Assembly: GCA_030149205.1 (NCBI GenBank)
Contig: JASBSB010000009.1
Location: 1-11,922 of the forward strand
Direction: 5' to 3'
DNA length: 11,922 nt
Origin: Candidatus Heimdallarchaeota archaeon
Lineage (GTDB): Archaea > Asgardarchaeota > Heimdallarchaeia > Heimdallarchaeales > Kariarchaeaceae
Notes under the pieces: generated by a model
What the model was told of the DNA's origin: nothing
What the model saw: only the letters and a program-made list of their open reading frames with translations
Databases searched by the model: none
Program-made: the position numbers and the translations under genes
Part shown: piece after piece, positions 1 to 5,792 of the stretch
Layout of the letters: the number at the start of each line of letters is the position of its first letter
Position numbering within the stretch: position 1 is the first letter of the stretch

Positions 1-120
1 CTGAAGCAGCGAGCACCGCTCCTGCGGGATCACAAGCCTCAGAACAAGCGGAAGAGCCTGCTGTGCTCTGTGGTCTGGTACAACCACAGAATCCGAGCTC
101 AGGTGGTGATTCCAATGTAA
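1..120 (+). CDS. Partial ORF (5' end outside window), probable C-terminus of a DDE transposase (IS5/IS4-like)
   Basis: Frame 1 is open from base 1 to TAA at 118-120: LKQRAPLLRDHKPQNKRKSLLCSVVWYNHRIRAQVVIPM*. The K-x-R...LR...N...L...YN-x-R pattern resembles the tail after the catalytic Glu of IS5-type transposases (recognised by eye, not searched). The stop lies 5 nt before the inverted repeat. GC is 67/120 (56%) by my count. Confidence 0.45.
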   Translation: MKQRAPLLRDHKPQNKRKSLLCSVVWYNHRIRAQVVIPM

Positions 121-125
121 ACGAA

Positions 126-140
126 TTTTGGGACAAGCTT
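126..140 (+). repeat. 15-bp inverted repeat, copy 1 (TTTTGGGACAAGCTT), putative IS terminal inverted repeat
   Basis: Exact reverse complement of AAGCTTGTCCCAAAA at 11782-11796. Identity stops on both sides of the 15-mer. Confidence 0.85.
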
Positions 141-221
141 AATATAATATTCTTGGTTAAGTAAAAAACATTACTCGATGATACAAATATTAAGAAATGC
201 TTTCTGTGAAACGAGAATTAA

Positions 222-338
222 CATAGAACTTATTTTCAATTTGGCGACGCTACAAAGTCTGCCCCTTATTTTGAGATTTTACCCGCGCTTTTTGCCTTGG
301 CATTATTTGCAATCACAATTGTAAAGAGAAGAAAATAA
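222..338 (+). pseudogene. 3' remnant of a surface-protein gene ending in a PGF-CTERM-like sorting/anchor signal
   Basis: Frame 3 reads HRTYFQFGDATKSAPYFEILPALFALALFAITIVKRRK* (TAA 336-338): a P-x-F motif, a hydrophobic helix and a KRRK tail. There is no start codon, and in-frame stops lie upstream at 162, 207 and 219. Too short for the ORF track. Confidence 0.5.
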
Positions 339-372
339 TTTAACAGCCAAATATATACTATGATTCCATCAG

Positions 373-1230
373 ATGTACATTCAACTTTTTTTCATTTTAA
401 TCAATATCTATTTTACATTAGGATTGATTATATTAGTGTTTTTGAACAATAACTTAATTCCTTCATTGAGGTATCAAAGGTATTCCCTACCGCATGGGTT
501 CAGATTATTGAGTCTCCCAGTTTCAGGAATAAGGTATTGGAAATTTGGAGCTGGGTCAGAATCTGTTATTCTTTTGCATGGTTGGACAGCAAACAGCGGC
601 ATGATGGTTAACAGGGCTAAAATTTATATGAAGAGGGGATTTACTGTATATCTGCTCGATGCACCCTCTCATGGGGTAAATAAAACAACGTTTTTCCCTA
701 ACACAGTACAATATGCAAGAGCATTGGATGAGTTAATTCTAACAGATAGGATAACTCAGCCCATACTCCATGGGGTTTCATTTGGTTCTATCGCCATAGT
801 TTTTGCTGTTTCCAGTAGGAAAGTTAAGGCTAAAGCTTTGGTTTTAGAAGCCTTACCTTCATCAATGGATCGGATATTCTTTGATATGATGAGATATGCT
901 CATATTCCTGTACCACTTTTTTACTGGGTGGGATGGATATCAACAGAGAGTATGAGGCATTATTTCTTGAGGACACAGACAAGATTTGACTTGACATCAA
1001 TTACTGTCCCTATATTCCTTATACACGGACAGCAGGATAAAATGTTTCCTTGCCAAGAAAACTTTGAGAAAAACAAGAAACTGCTAAATAACCTCAAAAA
1101 AAATTTTAGCTCTTGGGAGGTGGGAGGATCAAGTCACTCAGAAATGGACAAGAACAAGGAGTATCCTGAAAAACTGAATGAGTTTATTGATAAAGTCATA
1201 GGGGTAAACATTATTGGTGCAACAGTATAG
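373..1230 (+). CDS. Alpha/beta-fold hydrolase with N-terminal membrane anchor
   Basis: Hydrophobic residues about 3-24, oxyanion motif LLHGW, nucleophile elbow G-V-S136-F-G, HGQQD222 and SSH255 form a complete Ser-Asp-His triad. Confidence 0.9.
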   Translation: MYIQLFFILINIYFTLGLIILVFLNNNLIPSLRYQRYSLPHGFRLLSLPVSGIRYWKFGAGSESVILLHGWTANSGMMVNRAKIYMKRGFTVYLLDAPSHGVNKTTFFPNTVQYARALDELILTDRITQPILHGVSFGSIAIVFAVSSRKVKAKALVLEALPSSMDRIFFDMMRYAHIPVPLFYWVGWISTESMRHYFLRTQTRFDLTSITVPIFLIHGQQDKMFPCQENFEKNKKLLNNLKKNFSSWEVGGSSHSEMDKNKEYPEKLNEFIDKVIGVNIIGATV

Positions 1231-2083
1231 AACAGTCAGTGAGTTGATAACAAAGGGGGATTTAAGTGGTGCATTGAAATTGCTAGAAACTCTCCAAGGT
1301 GTCTCACAAACACAAAAAGGGTTACTTCTAAGTGAAATTTATGAAAAGCTTGGATTGTTTCAGAGGTCTTCTGAACAGATCTCTTTTCTTCTCAAGCAGT
1401 CGAATTTAATGTATCTCGAAAAAAGGAAAATAGAGCTTCAAAATTTATATACAATGTGGAGAATGGGTTCGATCGACTCATGCATTAAAGAAATAAAGAA
1501 ACACAGTCTAACCTACACCACAAAAGATGAGATGCGCATCTGTGGAAGGTTCGCAAATATATTTGGGTTAATTTATTGGACTAGGGGTAAGGAGATGACT
1601 GACCCAACGAGTTTGAGAATGGCATTGCAATTCCACTTACATTCCTTAGAGATACGTATAAGATTAGGTGATGCTACAGAAATGGCTTATAGTTTCAACA
1701 ACTTGGGTAACACGTTTATGTTTTTAGGTGACAAAAGTCAAGCATTTGAATACCTAACTATAGCACTATCTGTTAGAAAACATCTGAATGTTCAACCCGA
1801 CATAGCTACCACATTAAGAGATTTGGGGAGATTTCATCTTACAATGGGGGATCTTTCAGAGGCTGAAAGTTATCTACTTCAATCACTAGAAATTAGAGAA
1901 AAATTAAACAACCCTTTCGATTTAGCGAAATGTCATTTGACACTTGGGGAGATCTATGTAAAGCAGGGAAAAAAGGAGGGGGCTATATTTCATTTTACTA
2001 ACTCAATAGACTTTTTTTCACAGATAGGTCATAATTCACAGATTCAGAAGATTAAGGATCAAATCAGTAAGTTGACACAATAA
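1214..2083 (+). CDS. Tetratricopeptide repeat protein (about 40-aa spaced, TPR_12/MalT-like repeats)
   Basis: C-terminal half has repeats such as AYSFNNLGNTFMFLGD..A.EY...AL..R, ATTLRDLGRFHLTMGD..EAESYL.QSLEIR and AKCHLTLGEIYVKQG. TTG start (or GTG at 1217) overlaps the hydrolase end by 17 bp, with GGGGT 8 nt upstream. Confidence 0.9.
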   Translation: MVQQYRTVSELITKGDLSGALKLLETLQGVSQTQKGLLLSEIYEKLGLFQRSSEQISFLLKQSNLMYLEKRKIELQNLYTMWRMGSIDSCIKEIKKHSLTYTTKDEMRICGRFANIFGLIYWTRGKEMTDPTSLRMALQFHLHSLEIRIRLGDATEMAYSFNNLGNTFMFLGDKSQAFEYLTIALSVRKHLNVQPDIATTLRDLGRFHLTMGDLSEAESYLLQSLEIREKLNNPFDLAKCHLTLGEIYVKQGKKEGAIFHFTNSIDFFSQIGHNSQIQKIKDQISKLTQ

Positions 2084-2112
2084 GTTTTATTTGAAGAACC
2101 ATACACAGAGTT

Positions 2113-3024
2113 ATGGTGACAGAGCAAATGACTATGAGTAGATGGAAAATCTGGATACTCGCTATCCGTCCAAAAACTCTCCCAGCAGCAGTCAGTCCAG
2201 TGATTGTGGGGACAGCATTAGCGTATCATGACCACAAATTTAGGCTATTCATTGCTACTGCTGCATTGGTTGGTTCATTACTGCTCCAGATTCTTTCAAA
2301 TTTGGCAAATGATTATTATGATTTCATCAAAGGGGTTGATGATCACACACGCGTCGGACCAGTACGGGTAACTCAGTCTGGACTATTAACGCCAATACAG
2401 GTCAGAAATGGAGCTATTGTTGTCACATTATTAGCCATTGTTGATGGATTATATCTTATTTTTTCTAATGGAGGCCTGGTTGTGTTATTAATAGGGTTGT
2501 TCTCCATCATTTTTGCTATCATCTACAGTGGAGGTCCTTATCCACTAAGTAGTTTAGGTTTAGGTGATATCTTTGTTTTCATATTCTTTGGATTAATAGC
2601 TGTGCCTGGAACATATTATGTTCAGGCGTTGACTGTTACCACAGAGGTTTTTATCGCCTCAATCCCAGCAGGTCTACTCATCACTGCAATATTGGTTGTC
2701 AATAATTACAGGGATTTTGATAATGATTTGAAGGCAAACAAAAGAACCTTTGCCCATTTTCTGGGAAAACGTGGGACACGGTACTATTACTCATTTCTTG
2801 TCTTTGTTCCGTTTACCGTCTCATTTTTGTTCATTGGATTATATCCAAACAGTTTCAATTTTTGGTTGCTTTTGCCACTAATTTCCCTACCTCTTGCATT
2901 TCAGTTGGTCAAGCAGATCCACACTACAACTGAACTTCAAAGGTTTAACGTACTGTTGGGAAAGACCGCAATGTTTGGATTACTATTCAACCTTTTATTC
3001 TCATTGGGATTAATTTTAAGTTAG
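2113..3024 (+). CDS. menA: 1,4-dihydroxy-2-naphthoate prenyltransferase (UbiA superfamily, MenA)
   Basis: W..AIRPKTLPAA N-terminus, NLANDYYDFIKGVD, YSGGPYPL...GLGD..VF.FFG and VNNYRD..ND..A.KRT motifs, and multiple TM helices. The real start is probably ATG 2128, which has GGTGA 8 nt upstream. Confidence 0.93.
   Translation: MVTEQMTMSRWKIWILAIRPKTLPAAVSPVIVGTALAYHDHKFRLFIATAALVGSLLLQILSNLANDYYDFIKGVDDHTRVGPVRVTQSGLLTPIQVRNGAIVVTLLAIVDGLYLIFSNGGLVVLLIGLFSIIFAIIYSGGPYPLSSLGLGDIFVFIFFGLIAVPGTYYVQALTVTTEVFIASIPAGLLITAILVVNNYRDFDNDLKANKRTFAHFLGKRGTRYYYSFLVFVPFTVSFLFIGLYPNSFNFWLLLPLISLPLAFQLVKQIHTTTELQRFNVLLGKTAMFGLLFNLLFSLGLILS
2115..2119 (+). promoter_or_regulatory. Shine-Dalgarno-like GGTGA for menA (ATG 2128)
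   Basis: GGTGA is complementary to the 16S 3' tail UCACC, with an 8-nt spacer to the in-frame ATG at 2128. Confidence 0.55.
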
Positions 3025-3635
3025 CTAAAAAACAAATTTTCATAAGAATCTGAACTGGACGAATGAGGTTGGATATAAAGTTGACACTCAAACTGCTTTT
3101 CATCTGTGAATAGTCCAAGCTGCACGAGAAACAGGTTTTGTCCAGATTCGTATTGAGTTAACTTTTCAAATACCTCTTCTTTGACTCCATACCTGAATTG
3201 AGAGGCAAATTTCGGCATCGTATCAATTTTCATCATCTTATTCAAAGCAGCAACATATCTCAGGAGAATATTTGAACCAACCTCTTGCATCAGGGAACTT
3301 TGAAATTCATTTAAATCTTCGAACGAATTTATACTACCGGTGTTCACATTTGATAAAAGCGACAATATATTCTTTACGGAATCTAAGGTGAATACTACAG
3401 AAAGACGATACTTTATAGGGTTCTCTATATCCAGAAAATCAAATGCAATGGAGGTTCCATCTTCTATCTCATTCTCTTTTACGATTTTTGAGACGACTCC
3501 TTGTCTAACATAAGGGATTGTCATGTCAACATCGCGTGAAAATAGTTTAGTGAGAGCGATAGCTGCGTGTCCCGCCCCTACATTACCTGCCTCTTTGAAA
3601 GCTTCAATGACTAACTCAGAAAACTTATCACTCAT
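3021..3635 (-). CDS. cheC: CheC-family CheY-P phosphatase with one intact and one degenerate site
   Basis: EAFKE15AGN18VGAGHAA.AL..L...V....P41 matches E-x2-N-x22-P exactly. The second repeat reads SLMQE118VGS. Start overlaps the cheA stop (ATGA, 3632-3635). Confidence 0.88.
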   Translation of the reverse strand: MSDKFSELVIEAFKEAGNVGAGHAAIALTKLFSRDVDMTIPYVRQGVVSKIVKENEIEDGTSIAFDFLDIENPIKYRLSVVFTLDSVKNILSLLSNVNTGSINSFEDLNEFQSSLMQEVGSNILLRYVAALNKMMKIDTMPKFASQFRYGVKEEVFEKLTQYESGQNLFLVQLGLFTDEKQFECQLYIQPHSSSSDSYENLFFS

Positions 3636-5419
3636 GCAACCACCCTGAATTTGCTTGGGTCAATAACCATCATAACTGCTTGTTCTGTTCCTGTTACCAC
3701 ACCTTCGAAGATTTCAAGAGTTACAAGAAGTGGATTTAATTTCCGAACACTTAAGAGTCTTTCATCAACAATTTCATCAACCACGAGTGCAATCTGATGT
3801 GAAGCACCTCTACAGATCAATACAAGTTCCTGAGAGTTTAGTCCGTTTTCGTTGGGATCAAATAGCTTACGTAATAAAACCAGAGGATACTTTGCATCAT
3901 CAATTTTCACCTCTCCATGTGATTCTCCCCAAAGCTTGATACCTGAAGTATCAAGCAAATAAAATGCTTTTTCAACCTCTGATGATTGTATAGAATAGAG
4001 CTGATTAGAAACACGTACTATCAAATTCTTTGAGATGATATCCTGATCGGGAATTGTAATTGTGAAGGTGGTTCCTTTGTTCTTCTCCGATTCCACAGTT
4101 ATATTTCCACCGATTTCTTCAATTTTCGACTTCGCTGCATCGAGCCCAATCCCCCTTCCAGCAACCTTTTTAGCATTTTTTCTGGTTGAAAAACCTTCTA
4201 AGAAGAGCACATCGTATTTTGAAGATAACTGACCTTGTGTTTCTGCGTCTAGTTCTTTGAACTTCTCATTTACAACCTCCTCATCGATACCTCCACCATC
4301 ATCTGAAACTTTTATGATTACTTTCCCTCTGTCAGCAATACAGCTCATTTGGATTAAACCGACAACATTTTTACCTGACTCTGTTCGCTCATGAGATGCC
4401 TCAATCCCATGAATCACTGCATTTCTTACAATTTGGGTGAGTGGGTCAATAAGAACTGTTGCTAAAGCTCGATTAATTAAAATGAATCTTCCCTGAATTT
4501 GTAATTCTGCTTCTTTTAATTCTGATTCTGCAAGACGTTTAACCATACCTGGTAACGGTTCAAGGATGCTGTTTATAGCCACTTTTCTTAATTTTCTCAA
4601 ATCTTCCTCAATATGAGAAAAAGTTGAATCAATTTGAATAAATTTACTCTTCTGTTCCACACCAATTAGGTCTCCTCTAAGGTGTTCTAACTGAGTATTC
4701 AGAATTGTCAATGCCTGTTCCAAGTTCACAAGGTCATCTGAATCTATCTTTATTGACTGTCGTCGAATAGTTGAAACATGGTTTGTTGTATCACGTTCTT
4801 TCACTTCAATGGAAACATTACTCACGCTTGGTAATTTTAGAATGCGTTGATACAATACCTCATATGGTTCTAAAGTAGCTATTTCTACCTTCATGCTTTC
4901 AAAATTTAAATCCAACATTAAATCGTCACGTGATGGAGAACTCGACCTGATGTGAGCAAATCTCTTAATAGTGTTGAGTATTGCCAAGGCTCTAGCCGTC
5001 TTAATGGCTCGATCTGCCTTGATTTCAATGTCAATTTCATAAATTTTGTTACTCTTTATCAACACCGTCTCGAAACCAATTTTTCGTTCTAACTCCTGAA
5101 CCATCTCACCTGAAGGAGGATTTATTGAAATTTCTTTTAAAAGCAATTCAATCTTTACCTCCATCTCTAGGATGGATTCAACAGTTGATGCCTGTAATGA
5201 TGTTCCTTCTTGATGTATCCTCTCCTCAATCTCAGCTATGATTCCTGCACTGGAAGTCAATCCAACCGAACTAAAAAGCCCTTTGTAGGTATGATAAGCC
5301 CGTTTTAGTTCGCTTAAATTCTTATTTGTGATTTGTTCAGAGCTTAGGTTCATTGACTGAATTTCCTCATGAAAGTTTTCTATATCAGATACCCAAGCAT
5401 CCCATTCTGTTGTACTCAA
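3632..5419 (-). CDS. cheA: CheA-type histidine kinase (P1 HPt, P2, P3 dimerisation, P4 ATPase, P5 CheW-like), compact and divergent
   Basis: AYH43TYKG (HPt); P2-like YEIDIEI...KTARAL.IL..I......SSP; SIKID (P3 start); DPLTQIVRNAVIHGIE (N-box); VSDDGGGID (G1); GFST...GRGIGLD (F/G2); KGTTFTITIP; C-terminal CheW-like ALVVDEI. TTG start with GGAGG 8 nt upstream. Confidence 0.92.
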   Translation of the reverse strand: MSTTEWDAWVSDIENFHEEIQSMNLSSEQITNKNLSELKRAYHTYKGLFSSVGLTSSAGIIAEIEERIHQEGTSLQASTVESILEMEVKIELLLKEISINPPSGEMVQELERKIGFETVLIKSNKIYEIDIEIKADRAIKTARALAILNTIKRFAHIRSSSPSRDDLMLDLNFESMKVEIATLEPYEVLYQRILKLPSVSNVSIEVKERDTTNHVSTIRRQSIKIDSDDLVNLEQALTILNTQLEHLRGDLIGVEQKSKFIQIDSTFSHIEEDLRKLRKVAINSILEPLPGMVKRLAESELKEAELQIQGRFILINRALATVLIDPLTQIVRNAVIHGIEASHERTESGKNVVGLIQMSCIADRGKVIIKVSDDGGGIDEEVVNEKFKELDAETQGQLSSKYDVLFLEGFSTRKNAKKVAGRGIGLDAAKSKIEEIGGNITVESEKNKGTTFTITIPDQDIISKNLIVRVSNQLYSIQSSEVEKAFYLLDTSGIKLWGESHGEVKIDDAKYPLVLLRKLFDPNENGLNSQELVLICRGASHQIALVVDEIVDERLLSVRKLNPLLVTLEIFEGVVTGTEQAVMMVIDPSKFRVVA

Positions 5420-5420
5420 C

Positions 5421-5786
5421 TTAGACCCCTCCTAAAACACTATCCAAGCTTTCAACAACTTCCACTGGTTCGACGGGCTTGATTAAAAAATTTAAGGCTC
5501 CAAAGCTCAATGCTTTCCTGATCATCGGTTCATGGCCTAAAGCAGTAATCACAATAATTCTTGCATTTGGGTCTTGATCGACAATTTTCTTCACCGCTAT
5601 CAGCCCATTCTGTTCGGGCATAACTATATCCATTGTAACTGCATCAGGTTGACATTTCATATATAGGTCTATGGCTTCGTTTCCATTAGATGCCTGTCCC
5701 ACAACCTCATGACCCACTTTTTCTAAAGCTATCCGTAGTTTTGTTCGCATAAAATTTGAATCGTCAACTATCATTATTCGTGCCAT
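5421..5786 (-). CDS. cheY: Single-domain response regulator CheY
   Basis: IMIVD8D9S..MR, TMD53IVMP..NG, T81A, F100 and K103P are all present. The sequence style resembles Firmicutes/Thermotoga/archaeal CheY, and it sits between cheW-like genes and cheA. Confidence 0.95.
   Translation of the reverse strand: MARIMIVDDSNFMRTKLRIALEKVGHEVVGQASNGNEAIDLYMKCQPDAVTMDIVMPEQNGLIAVKKIVDQDPNARIIVITALGHEPMIRKALSFGALNFLIKPVEPVEVVESLDSVLGGV
5428..5432 (-). promoter_or_regulatory. Shine-Dalgarno GGAGG for cheA, inside the cheY 3' end
   Basis: The minus strand reads GGAGG-GGTCTAAG-TTG, an 8-nt spacer, which supports the TTG start at 5419. Confidence 0.65.
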
Positions 5787-5792
5787 TTTACA

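Larger units (their letters stand above)
1..140 (+). mobile_element. Probable right end of an insertion sequence, truncated by the window edge
   Basis: A GC-rich segment (56% over 1-120) ends in TTTTGGGACAAGCTT, then GC falls to 23% over 141-240. The same 15-mer occurs inverted at 11782-11796. A transposase-like ORF ends just inside it. Confidence 0.55.

Noticed and set aside
178-324. 48-codon ORF MIQILRNAFCETRINIELIFN... in frame 1
   Set aside because: No RBS or recognisable motif. Better explained as a frameshifted part of the decayed surface-protein gene.
141-338. Stop-codon readthrough or alternative genetic code joining frame 3 from base 3 to 338
   Set aside because: The interrupting stops are TAA, TGA and TAA, and all three stop types terminate genuine genes in this window.
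373-1230. Hydrolase as MenH because it is near menA
   Set aside because: It has an N-terminal membrane anchor, which I would not expect in soluble MenH, and no other men genes are adjacent. The fold alone is not diagnostic.
3730-3939. 69-aa + strand ORF
   Set aside because: Antisense shadow inside cheA, with no motif.
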